The notes beneath the pieces were generated by a model. The model worked only from the letters and a program-made list of their open reading frames with translations, was not told where the DNA came from and did not search any database. A stretch of DNA of 62,674 nt, the filler included. It is 16 parts of 16 records of this genome, joined end to end, with 100 filler letters (N's around TTAATTAATTAA, not from the genome) between each part and the next. Parts side by side here need not be neighbours in the genome. Positions count along the whole stretch, not along the records: positions 52,217 to 55,391 come from SRR16133337_75769; positions 55,492 to 57,749 come from SRR16133337_75832; positions 57,850 to 60,490 come from SRR16133337_75933; positions 60,591 to 62,674 come from SRR16133337_75954; 12 more parts are not named here. One strand, written 5' to 3'. The stretch's first letter is position 1; each line of letters opens with the position of its first letter. This document shows positions 52,263 through 62,674 of the stretch, piece after piece. Position numbers and translations under genes: made by a program.

Positions 52263-53543
52263 ATGGTAAGACAAATAACAGGATTTTCAAAATTTTCTAA
52301 AGAAGAAAAAATAGATTGGTTGGTAAAAGCATTTTTCAACAAACAATCTATTACAAAAGATACCTTAAAGAGTTATTGGAATACAAATTCTAAACTTCAA
52401 AAATTACATGATGATTTTATAGAAAATACCATTTCAAATTTTTATTTGCCCTATGGAGTAGCTCCCAATTTTTGTATAAATGGTCAAGAATATACCATTC
52501 CAATGGTCATTGAAGAAAGTTCCGTTGTGGCCGCAGCTTCTTTGGTTGGTAAATTTTGGAGTACCCGTGGAGGATTTAAAGCCACTGTCTTGGGAACTAC
52601 TAAAATAGGACAAGTACATTTTCTGTACCAAGGATCTTTTACGGATTTAGAAACCTATTTTATAAAAGTGAAATCTGATTTGTTAAAAGCAACAGAAGAA
52701 ATCACCAAGAGTATGAGAAAAAGAGGCGGCGGAATTTTAGCTATTGAATTACGAACCAAAACAAAAGAACTGGCCAATTATTATCAATTGCATGTAACTT
52801 TTGAGACGAAAAACTCCATGGGAGCTAATTTTATCAATTCTTGTTTAGAGGCTATTGCAGCCACTTTTGAAAAAGAAGGGATTCAAATCGTGATGGGCAT
52901 CCTTTCAAACTATGTACCTGAATGTTTGGTAAGTGCTGAAGTTTCTTGTAAAGTAGAAGAATTGGTGGAAGAAACCTTAGAAATAGAAGCCCATGAATAT
53001 GCACAAAAATTTAAAACTGCTGTGGCGATTGCGAATGTAGAACCTTATAGAGCGGTAACTCATAACAAAGGAATTATGAATGGAATTGATGCGGTAGTAT
53101 TGGCAACAGGAAATGATTTTAGAGCGATTGAATCTTGTGCACATGCCTATGCCGCTAAAGACGGGAGTTATAAAAGTTTGACAAATTGTGAGGTAAAAGA
53201 CGGTATTTTTCGATTTTGGATAGAAATCCCTTTGGCTTTAGGAACCGTTGGTGGTTTGACAGCTTTGCATCCGATGGCAAAATTGTCTTTGGAACTCTTG
53301 CAAAACCCATCTGCTGAAGAATTGATGAAGATTATTGCTGTGGCGGGTTTGGCACAGAATTTTGCGGCCTTGCGAGCTTTGACAACTACAGGCATTCAAA
53401 AAGGACATATGAAAATGCATTTGATGAATATCCTAAATCAGTTAGGAGCGAATTCTAAGGAAAAAGAAAAATTAGTAAAATATTTTGAAAAGAAACCAAT
53501 AACCTATCGTGCGGTTCAAGAAGCGTATCAGAAACTAAAATGA
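52263..53543 (+). CDS. mvaA: Class II HMG-CoA reductase
   Basis: PMVIEESSVVAAAS, SMGANFIN, THNKGIMNG, GNDFRA, GTVGG, GIQKGHMKMH. Confidence 0.95.
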   Translation: MVRQITGFSKFSKEEKIDWLVKAFFNKQSITKDTLKSYWNTNSKLQKLHDDFIENTISNFYLPYGVAPNFCINGQEYTIPMVIEESSVVAAASLVGKFWSTRGGFKATVLGTTKIGQVHFLYQGSFTDLETYFIKVKSDLLKATEEITKSMRKRGGGILAIELRTKTKELANYYQLHVTFETKNSMGANFINSCLEAIAATFEKEGIQIVMGILSNYVPECLVSAEVSCKVEELVEETLEIEAHEYAQKFKTAVAIANVEPYRAVTHNKGIMNGIDAVVLATGNDFRAIESCAHAYAAKDGSYKSLTNCEVKDGIFRFWIEIPLALGTVGGLTALHPMAKLSLELLQNPSAEELMKIIAVAGLAQNFAALRALTTTGIQKGHMKMHLMNILNQLGANSKEKEKLVKYFEKKPITYRAVQEAYQKLK

Positions 53544-53546
53544 TGG

Positions 53547-53723
53547 ATACTCCGCTCTCTTAGAAACCCCAAAATTTTAGGGTGGTTATTTTTAGTTTTG
53601 GGCTGTAGGCTTTAAGCAGTAGGCAAAAGTATAGAAATGAAAGACGATGTCACATTTTTTACTTTTCGTAGTTTTGTTTAAATTTTCAAGCATCGCCTCT
53701 ATGATTTCTAAAAGAAACATAGT
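53547..53723. repeat. Longer MITE-like copy (~175 bp) with degenerate right arm
   Basis: Starts ATACTCCGCTCTCTTAGAAACC, contains AAATTTTCAAGCATCGC shared with 19877, ends TTTCTAAAAGAAACATAGT. Confidence 0.6.
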
Positions 53724-53754
53724 TGTGAGAAGTAGGATAGTTGCAAGTTTTAAT

Positions 53755-53797
53755 TTACGAGCTACGAGCTACGAACTACGAGTTACGAACTAACGAG
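53755..53797. repeat. Heptamer tandem repeat (C/T)TACGA(G/A), 6 units
   Basis: TTACGAG CTACGAG CTACGAA CTACGAG TTACGAA CTAACGAG. Confidence 0.85.
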
Positions 53798-53832
53798 GTA
53801 TGCCTATAGCCATAAATATTACAAAAACAAAT

Positions 53833-54732
53833 ATGAAAAATTATTACAGCAATGGTAAATTATTAATTACAGGAGAATATGCCGTTTTAGAAGGTGCTTT
53901 GTCTTTGGCATTGCCTACAAAATTTGGGCAGAATTTACAAGTAACAATTATAGAGACTCCTCAGATAATTTGGCAAAGTTTTTCCGTAACACAACAAATT
54001 TGGTTTGAAACAGAGCTCTTGATTTCTGAGTTAGCTCATTTGAATAAAGATAAAATTGTAGCAACGCTTCAAAAAATACTGATAGAAGCTCAAAAAATGA
54101 ATCCCTCTTTTTTAAGGGATGGAAAAGGTGTTCAGGTAAAAAATTACCTGACTTTTCCAAATAACTGGGGATTGGGAACTTCTTCAACATTGATCAATAA
54201 TATTGCCCGTTGGGCACAGGTAGATGCTTTTGAATTGTTACAAAATTCTTTTGGAGGCAGTGGCTACGATATTGCCTGTGCTCAAAATAATACGGCCATT
54301 TATTATCAATGGAAAGAGGGACTTCCAAGGGTTACTCCTGTAGAATTTCAACCTGCTTTCTCTGAGCAATTGTATTTTGTGTATTTGAATAAAAAACAAG
54401 ATAGTAAAGAAGGGATTCAACAATACAAAACCCTTCGAAATAGTAAGGAATCGTTTTGTGATGAAATTTCTGAAATAACTCAAAAAATGACAAAACAACC
54501 CTCTTTTGAGGAGTTTGAAAATTTACTGACGGATCATGAACAAATTATCGGAAACTTCCTAAAAGTAAAACCTGTAAAGGAACGCCTTTTTAAAAATTAT
54601 TTTGGAGCTGTTAAAAGTTTAGGTGCTTGGGGGGGAGATTTTGTTTTGGTTACTGGAAATGAGAAGACACCTACCTATTTTAAAGAAAAAGGGTATACAA
54701 CTGTTTTGTCTTATAAGGAAATGATCCTTTAA
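53833..54732 (+). CDS. GYDIA-family GHMP kinase (mevalonate pathway)
   Basis: SNGKLLITGEY, WGLGTSST, GSGYDIA, KSLGAWGGDF; follows mvaA. Confidence 0.9.
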   Translation: MKNYYSNGKLLITGEYAVLEGALSLALPTKFGQNLQVTIIETPQIIWQSFSVTQQIWFETELLISELAHLNKDKIVATLQKILIEAQKMNPSFLRDGKGVQVKNYLTFPNNWGLGTSSTLINNIARWAQVDAFELLQNSFGGSGYDIACAQNNTAIYYQWKEGLPRVTPVEFQPAFSEQLYFVYLNKKQDSKEGIQQYKTLRNSKESFCDEISEITQKMTKQPSFEEFENLLTDHEQIIGNFLKVKPVKERLFKNYFGAVKSLGAWGGDFVLVTGNEKTPTYFKEKGYTTVLSYKEMIL

Positions 54733-55045
54733 GTCTAAAGTTAGAAAGTCAAAAACGGTCAATTCTAATCAGGGATGTACAATTATACTTTTTAAAAAGG
54801 TCTCCCGTAGAATCCACAGATTCTTCTGTGGTTATCTGCGAGATCTACGGAAAAAATAAAATAGAGAACGCAACACTTTTCGATACTAAACAAAATTGCT
54901 CTTAACCTGCTAAAAGACGAAAAGTCAACTAAAGTAGGGGTGAAAAGTAGAAGACTTAAAGCGGGAGGGGACAGTCACTACCTTATGAAAGTTTAATACG
55001 TTTGCCCTGATCGGAACTAATGATTATGATTACTCAAAATTACTA

Positions 55046-55171
55046 TTACGGAGTATGATAAATTGTGGCTATTACTCCTACAATGGTTAATCCTAATAAT
55101 ACTCCTCCTTCAGTTTCTCTCATTTCTTGGGCATTCAATTCTTGAACCCCACAGTTTTCTAAATTTTTAAG
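55046..55171 (-). pseudogene. Double-glycine-leader bacteriocin-like precursor lacking its start codon
   Basis: (CTT)KNLENCGVQELNAQEMRETEGG|VLLGLTIVGVIATIYHTP*; in-frame TAA immediately upstream. Confidence 0.6.
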
Positions 55172-55238
55172 TTAAATAATAATATTGTCAAAACTTTTAA
55201 AAGATATTTCACTTTTTTGGCTTTGATTTTTCAAAGGT

Positions 55239-55280
55239 AAACTCGTTCACTCTAATGTAGTTAGAGTGAACGAGTTTTTT
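55239..55280 (+). terminator. Perfect 17-bp hairpin with T tract
   Basis: AAACTCGTTCACTCTAA-TGTAG-TTAGAGTGAACGAGTTT-TTT. Confidence 0.7.
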
Positions 55281-55364
55281 GTAAAAATAATTTTGAATAG
55301 CTAGATTTTAATCAGAAAAATTCTTTAAAATCAAAAGTAATTTATTTATTTCAAGAATTTGAGA

Positions 55365-55391
55365 TATACTCCGCCCGTTTAGAAACCCGAA
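55365..55391 (+). repeat. MITE-like terminal repeat at contig end
   Basis: TATACTCCGCCCGTTTAGAAACCCGAA. Confidence 0.8.
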
Positions 55392-56748
55392 NNNNNNNNN
55401 NNNNNNNNNNNNNNNNNNNNNNNNNNNNNNNNNNNTTAATTAATTAANNNNNNNNNNNNNNNNNNNNNNNNNNNNNNNNNNNNNNNNNNNNTTTCAATTT
55501 CCTAATTTTTCAATTTTCGAATGGAGTGGCTGCTGACGCGATAATTTGCTTTTTTTAAAAATGTGTTTTTTAAAATCCGAACTAAAATTTTCATTTCTTT
55601 GAATAGAGGGTGTCTTTTACATGGAATAAGGGGTGTGAGTAGGTGGTGTGGGTAGTGTGAGACATGTGTGCTATTATTCATTCACTATCAAAAACAAAAA
55701 TAACAATATCTTGTAAGTACATAGAGAGGTATTTGTTCCAACTAAGGGGCAACAATTTTGTGTTTTTCTGATACTTATTGTCAATAAATGAAAAATTAAA
55801 GAATTATCTTGCTGTCCATTTTTCAGTTTTTCCTGGTGCCACACAAAATTAATTCTTTGTGCAGTAGCATCGCGAACAAAACTTGAAACATCGCGAGGGT
55901 TCTTTTAGTTAGCCTCAAAATTAATTCACGGTCAAAATGGCGTTAGAAGCAAAAGATATAGTTTTTGACAATGTAAAACCATGGTGTTTCTCCTTCTTCC
56001 ATTTCCACAGTAAAAAAATATGAAAAATAAAAAGTGAATATATAAGATTGTAACGGAAATGAAACATTCTCCTAGAAAATTGTGGTGTTTGCATGGAGAA
56101 ACACTGTTTCCAAACAAAATTACAAAAATATGGTAAGCATGAAAAACTTGCACTTTCAGAAATATGCAAAACAATAATTTGGCATGACAGAAAAAATGAT
56201 TTTGTAGCACGAACAAATCTTGGCGAGCCCTTTTTTCCTCTCAAAAATGTTTCATTTTCGCTGTGAACTTAAATTTACACTTTTAGGTTCATATTATGGC
56301 GGCCTTACGTAGTGAATAGAATTATTGCGAAAGGCGCGAGGTTGTTCGTAGGGCCGTCACACTTAAAATATACAAAATGATGCGAGAAAGAGGACGAAAA
56401 AAGAACGTGACACCCACCTAATGAATCTTCACATCCACAAAGCGAGATTGAGAGAAAGAGAAAGGACCAAATACACAGTTCTCTTTGTTGTGAATTCATT
56501 TCTGTGGTTAGTTCTCTACTTTTTCGGTGTCAAGATGAACGATTGTTTGACTCCATGCAATAGATGAATTTCTTTTAAAAAAACCGCGGTTCGAAACCCT
56601 TAATTTAAACTGTTGCCCCACTTTCAAGTCGGGTCAAACTGAATGGTAGAGAATAAAAAGTTAACCCGTTTAATTTCACTTTTGCTTGTGAATGAAAATA
56701 ATAGTAAAAAGAGGGTATAGGTTAAAATCAGTGTTTAGGTTTACGATC

Positions 56749-57749
56749 ATGAAAGTGGCAAGCAGTTTTTTCTTTGTTTTAATAGCTGTTGGAGTGGTTT
56801 CAAGTCAGGTGGTTGTCCCTGGTGAAGAGACCCGGTACAGCTTCCCTCATGATGGGCTGCAGAGAGAGTTTTTGCTTTTCGTTCCCGCCAATTACACTCC
56901 ACAGTACGATCCACTCCCATTGCTGTACTCGTTCCATGGTGCCGGCGGGTATGAAAATGCAGCTGCTTTTGTTGATTGACGGTTTCACTACAATCCTTTC
57001 CAAACAAACAATCTCAGTTATGGGACATCTTTTGGCAGTTTTGTACATGAAATGATTTTTATGTTTTTCTTGCCAAATATTCGTTTGTTTCAATATTTTT
57101 AAAAATCTTTTTCCAAAGCTGAAAGTTTTATGCTTATTCTGGTTCTTGTGAAGAAAACACGATGGCTTGGGTCAAGATAAAAACTTGCGTTTGATGTGAT
57201 TTCGAGACTACTTTGAAAGTTATGTTTTGCATCATCAAGTATCTTTCTACATCACAAAAAAGGTGAATTTGTTTGTGTGGCGTTTTTAACAATGCGTGTT
57301 TTCAAGGCAGAGGGGGTTATGTTTTGCATTAACACAAACGACAAAGAAAATGGGTGATAATTCCCGCAGAAGTGAGCAGGCAAAACGCAATTTTTTGATA
57401 ATGCAAAGATGCAAAACATAGTGGTGTGTGGGAGTGGTGTGGTGTGGTGTGTGTGTGGGTGTAAAACACACAAAACGAAAATTTTCAAGTTTAATCTTAT
57501 TTTTAGCACAGCAGAAGGCGAAGTGAGATTGTCTGATTCTTCATACGTCGCTGAGAAATTCCAATGGGCAGTTGTGTACCCGGAAGGAATTAATAATGTT
57601 TGGAATTCCGCGTGTTGTGGAGACAATGGAGGAGTTGATGATGTTGGATTCACACGAGAAATACTTCGATATGTCACTGACGTTTTAGGAGTACAGATAC
57701 GAGTTGATGCAATTTTTACAAGTGGAATGTCAAATGGAGGTTTTATGTC
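56749..57749 (+). CDS. Secreted PHB-depolymerase/LpqC-like alpha/beta hydrolase, spliced, 3'-truncated
   Basis: Exons 56749-56948 and 57507-57749 join in phase 2; signal peptide, REFLLFVP, LLYSFHGAGG, VVYPEG, WN..CC, DDVGF, GMSNGG. Confidence 0.85.
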
Positions 57750-57849
57750 NNNNNNNNNNNNNNNNNNNNNNNNNNNNNNNNNNNNNNNNNNNNTTAATTA
57801 ATTAANNNNNNNNNNNNNNNNNNNNNNNNNNNNNNNNNNNNNNNNNNNN

Positions 57850-58144
57850 CGCAAACATGCTCTTCAGACGCAAATTGAAGCAAGAAGAGCAATTAAAGGG
57901 TTTCAAAGTTGGTGACACTGTAAGGGTTCTCAATGTTGACGACCCAACCAAATCCCTCACTGAAAGGAATGCAATTTTGAAGAAATTCAGGTTCAATCCC
58001 TACTACATCAATTATTGGAGCAAAGACACCTTTACGGTCCAAAAAATAGTGCTGGGTGATGGGGAAACTGAAAAAAGATACATTTTGGAGGCCTTCCCGG
58101 ACTTGAAATTCAAGCCCACCCAACTCCAGAAGGTGAAAAAGTAG
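57850..58144 (+). CDS. C-terminal SH3-like region of a Polinton/Maverick-type integrase, 5'-truncated
   Basis: FKVGDTVRV...Y..YWSKDTFTVQKI...Y.L...F...QLQKV. Confidence 0.6.
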
Positions 58145-59005
58145 CACACATCCGTCAAGACGACTGAGCGGGCGCCTTCCCACCGGCTGAAGCTCAGCCA
58201 CACAAGTTCCTCGACTTGAAATTGAAGGAATTTTCACGGTTGTGTTGCACAGCAGCTGATCCCTGTATCCAAACCTAAACCTTGAATTAATCGGTATTTA
58301 TTGATTGAGCTCAATTTCTACTGGACTAAACCAATTCGAAGCCGTTTGTTTTTTATTTCAAGGCGATGGGTAGGAATTGCGGTTTTTCTTCTGTTTTTTT
58401 GGCCTTCGCATTGACTAGAACCTGAAAAGTCCAGTGCGAGCAGCGCGGGTGTGCAGGTGAGCTCAAAATCCTGATGGTGTCAAAACTAGGAAATGTTGTG
58501 TTGGGGTGGAGGCTTGAGAAAAGTTTTAATTTTGAGTTCTTGATTGTTTTGCCCCAACTGAACAGCTCTTTTTTTCGAGTCGTTTGGCACTTGAGCCTCA
58601 AGTGCTGTAGTGTTGATTGTGGGTGTTTTGTCTGGGTTTGGCAAGATGATTATTTTTGTGCTGGAACGCTTGCCAGCTGTGGTTTCACTTGAAATTTAGC
58701 ACAATTGCACACCGCCTAAAAAAGACTTGACTTGTGGCTCTTCAGTTTTTTCCCCTTGACGCGGACTAGGAAACATATTGTTGGCATTCATCGTTAAAGT
58801 TGATTTTGACCTCTCTGTCCTTGCACACTGATGGCCATGACGGATGTCACCGCTTCAGCCCTCCACATATTTTGTCTCCTTCTCTACCACAAACTCTCCC
58901 CTCCCTCACTCTCTCCTCTCTCTTCATCACTCACCTCTCATCCACCACACTGTGATTTTTCATTCGCTGAGTGATAATTTATTTGTGGTTGTGTTTCATC
59001 AGGCC

Positions 59006-59996
59006 ATGGGCACAACTCCTGACCCAAGAAAAAGAAAGCACGGAGAATTGTCGGACTCTGAAGGTGAGAACATGAAAGATTTAGCTTTTGAAATGTTTTA
59101 TTCCGCACCAGTTTTGAAATTGTGAAATGAAATATCAAAATTTCCAACCCAAGTCTCTTTTCACAAACTTGAAATCGCACCATGTACTAGAAATTTGGGA
59201 GAGGCTTCCTATTAGAGGGTGCTATGGAGTCCAGACATGGCACACGAAGAGAAATACTTGAAAACCCCTTGTGAGCATGACAACTTTGAAAATCTAAAAC
59301 GAAGCCTTCAAGTGCAGTCTTTCCGTGATATTCTGCAAGGCGAAGTGTCATTTTGATGGGGGTCAGAATTTATCTGGTTTTGAGTCTTCCATCCCGACCC
59401 AGATTCGTTTGAAAGGCACCAGAACACAGTACATATGAAGATTTTTAATTGGGTGGTTACAAGATTGGCCTGATCTGATGAGTCATGTAATTCTCTATTT
59501 TTAGAGATGTCGGAACGCTTTTGGAGATGACATGTCATTTTCCCAACGATATGCAAGTGACGACGTCATGTCGCACCTTTTTGGCAGATATCCTTCACGA
59601 AAATACGAGAGCTATTTGCGAAAATGCAGGAGGCACGTTAGACCAGGCCAAATTCAGACTATGTGTAACCACCCAAAAAATATTCTTCATATGGCCCAGT
59701 CATAGAAATTGTGAAGCCCAAATTTTCCGATGATGCCACGACATGCGAAAAATACTGGAAGTGTCATTTGGCGTCACAAAGTTGCGCTGAGAGGTAGGAA
59801 ACTTGCTGGGAAATGTGATAGATACAGGTGATTCCTGTTTTAGCGGGTCTGAAGAAAAAGAAAATCAAACTATTTGAGGACGGAATGGATACAGAATTGC
59901 TAAAAGATGATCCTGACAAAGAACTGATTGGGGACTGGAAGAAAAGAATTCGGGATCTCAAAACGGAACTTGGACAGGAGTCAGAAGAAAAATCTG
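59006..59996 (+). CDS. Probable spliced eukaryotic gene, unknown function
   Basis: Exon-like blocks 59006-59063 (MGTTPDPRKRKH..., GTGAGA donor) and 59828-59996 (CAG acceptor, GTAAGT donor); internal exons unresolved. Confidence 0.35.
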
Positions 59997-62674
59997 GTAA
60001 GTATGGTGCCCAAAAGCCCCAAAGTGCAATGTTCACTGGGTAGTTTGCCCCACGAGATGCCTTTGTATTTTTGGGTAAGCAAAGCAGTCACCAAACAAGC
60101 GTGTAGTGCTGAAAGAATCAAAGCAACCAAGTCCGCAACAGAGTCCTCACCTTTGTGTCCCCAAACAAGTTTTTTATTAAACAAGCACGACGCCACATCC
60201 CCAAGGAAGATTTTCATGTGTGACACTAGTCCTGGTTGAATCCAGGTCGAGACGACTTGGGATTTTTTTTTCCCACCCTACGTTGAAAAAAGTTAGATAT
60301 TACACGTGACAAAAATGTTAAACGTGAGATGCTGTTCCCATTTCAAAAAGTACCGAGTGGAGTGGTGGGGAGGTGGTGAAGGAAAAAAAATGGAAGAAAA
60401 AAAACACCCAAATCACCTCGACCCGGTTTTTATCCGAGGGATCCAAATTACTTGTTTGGCGTGTTTACCGACTACACAACCAAGGGACTTNNNNNNNNNN
60501 NNNNNNNNNNNNNNNNNNNNNNNNNNNNNNNNNNTTAATTAATTAANNNNNNNNNNNNNNNNNNNNNNNNNNNNNNNNNNNNNNNNNNNNCTTGCGGTAT
60601 TTGTGAAATTCATTTTACTATGCCAGGCAACGAAATAATTTTTGAAAAAATAAATATCAAAACTTGTAAATATTGACAGAAAATAATGTATCTTCTTCGC
60701 GATTTTTTCAGTAAACTATGAACTGAAGTTCAGTGTAGAATTTTACAATTTGAAAAACTGCGAATGGTCAACAATGCCTAAAGGATAGGCAAACCACCTG
60801 AATATCCAATCGAAAATTTTGATTTGTTTGGAAAGGATTTCACTTTTTCAATCTCAGATTTTCTGGATGCCCTCTTAAAAATGCTTGCCGTTTTTCTTTC
60901 TTCACTCAAAACAGTTTGCAAGTACTCTTCTTTTGGAAGAAAGCGACAACCCTTTTCCAAATAATATTTTTTCTTTTTAATATTTTGAGCAAAAAAAGGG
61001 AACATACCGTAAATAATAACAAGAGCAAATGAAATTAATTTCATATTTAGCTGACTATCGCCCCTTCGCCCAAACTTTTCTAATTGTTGGAATTACACAA
61101 ACCAAACAACATCATATCTCTCACAGAATTTCGAGAATGTGAATTGGAAATCTTTCGCCACCTGATAAACTAGGGTAACAAATGAAAAATAACCAACGAA
61201 TAAAAATAGAAACAAGATATTACCCTTAGAAAGTTGGAAGTTCAACAATTATGGGACACATTAAAAATAACACAGAATTTGATTTCAATGGTTGTGTTTG
61301 AGTTTGTTTGTTCTTTCTTTGACGATTGCCAGCAGTTGTGTTGACACTCGTCTTCACTCATTCACTCGCACCCCCCCTGTGTACTGTTCAATTGTCAAGA
61401 CAATGGCTGAAGAGAGCAAAGATTATTGAGCGAGCACACCACTAAACTAAAATTTATTTTCCGGTCACACTATATTTCCAGTTGTCCTTGCCTTTCCTCC
61501 CCAGGTGTGTTGTAAAATGAAAAAAGTAATGTGGTGGAACACAAACGAACGCTGTTAAACCTGTTGTAGAGGCAACATCGAGCAGTTTGAGCTATCACAA
61601 GCAAGCAGTGGCAATTTGCTGCAAAGCAGCAAGCCCCTCCGCAATTCCCTCTTCTGAAGAAGACGTCGTTTGCTCCCGTCTTGCATAACTTCCACGCACC
61701 GCCAAAACTTTTTGATATGAATTTATTGTGTGAGTACATAAAGTGACTCTCTAAAGTTGTGCGATGAATTGTGTGTTGTGAGGACTTTTAATTGCATACA
61801 TGCATTTCAAACATAATACACATAACATAGCATGAAAATATTCAAATTAAAGCATTCTGTAAAGAAAGTGAATTTTTATTCGATTGGCGAGTCTTTCTGT
61901 TCAGTGAATATCAATATCGCTAAATTTCTGATGCATCAAAATTGCTTTCACAGTTTCACCTATCTCATGAAAAATTGTATGAAATTAATGGAATTCATTT
62001 TAACATTTAAGCTATTTTTTTTAATTTCCCAAAAATGTAAATCCTGTGTAATTGTGGCTACAATTTCGGAAACGAAAATTAAATTAGGGTAATGTTGGGG
62101 AAACAAAATATTCAATCAACAAATCCCACCTCCAACCGGAAAATTATTTTTCAAGGCAAGAATGCCGAACTTGCGATGCGAACATTGTGAAAACCCGCCA
62201 TTCTGAAATTGTATAACGGCAAGTGGGAACTTCATTTTTGCACAATTACGTATGTAATTCATTATTTAAAAAAACATAAGGAAGGAATGTGATTCATATA
62301 GGAAAAATACAACACAAAAACTTTGAAATTTTTAATTTTCACTTTTTTTCTACACAAATTTAAGAAAAATGATGGAAAAAAACCAACCAACAACATTAAT
62401 CAATGTACAAACGATGTTTGGCTTATGAAAAGTCTAAAAACCCGAGAAAATTCACTGATTCACAAATAATGTACATGTGAAATGTAAATATAATGTGAAT
62501 TTCATGAAATATTTGTGAAAAATGCAGCACCGAACATACTAAGAACCACACACCTGTTATAAGTCAGTGAGGGGCGATTTTCCAAATCGTAAAAATAGCG
62601 TTTCTGAATAAACCCAACCAGTACTGTGAACAGTGGTAATTTAGCACACTTGATAAAAAGTGGGCGTTCCAAAG

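Noticed and set aside
3999-54498. Short ORFs overlapping or antisense to long bacterial genes (e.g. 3999-4181, 8710-8979, 12549-12746, 16867-17127, 53168-53395)
   Set aside because: Shadow frames with no motifs or independent signals
18944-60542. ORFs containing X runs (e.g. 18944-19720, 37869-38168, 38161-38427, 51434-52168, 57409-57801, 57802-57996, 60306-60542)
   Set aside because: Their ends lie in spacers; real ones were trimmed to contig limits and the rest discarded
60591-62674. Genes in the last contig (ORFs 60778-61044, 61470-61739, 61832-62092)
   Set aside because: No recognisable motif or resolvable exon chain; looks like eukaryotic intronic or intergenic DNA
1-62674. tRNA, rRNA or riboswitch genes
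   Set aside because: None recognised by eye; a covariance-model search would be needed to exclude them

Overview
This window is not one locus. It is 16 short contigs joined by an artificial 100-bp spacer (44 N + TTAATTAATTAA + 44 N), so adjacency across spacers means nothing. Nine contigs look like a Flavobacteriaceae (Bacteroidota) genome. They carry rmuC and nosDFY; a SusC/SusD locus; a prophage packaging module with a frameshifted portal; metE with an Lrp regulator; bamA-skp-skp; an sxtI/J/K-like carbamoyltransferase cluster; an IS66 truncating a DrmB (DUF1998) gene that precedes a ~1,450-aa nuclease-RecQ fusion; alternative complex III and cytochrome oxidase subunit II followed by a PARIS-like ATPase + DUF4435 pair; and mevalonate genes. 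Five contigs are eukaryotic, shown by GT-AG exons read by hand and by eukaryote-type genes: cytoplasmic dynein heavy chain, a PARP catalytic domain, an intron-containing PHB-depolymerase-like esterase, a Polinton-type integrase tail, and a 9-exon gene with ParB-like and DNA-methyltransferase-like motifs. The first and last contigs are probably eukaryotic but could not be identified. A TA-terminated MITE-like repeat and heptamer tandem repeats are scattered through the bacterial contigs. The best candidates for undescribed biology are the DrmB + nuclease-RecQ module, the spliced ParB/MTase-like gene, and the PARIS-like pair inside the respiratory operon. All family calls come from motif recognition by eye; no database search was run.
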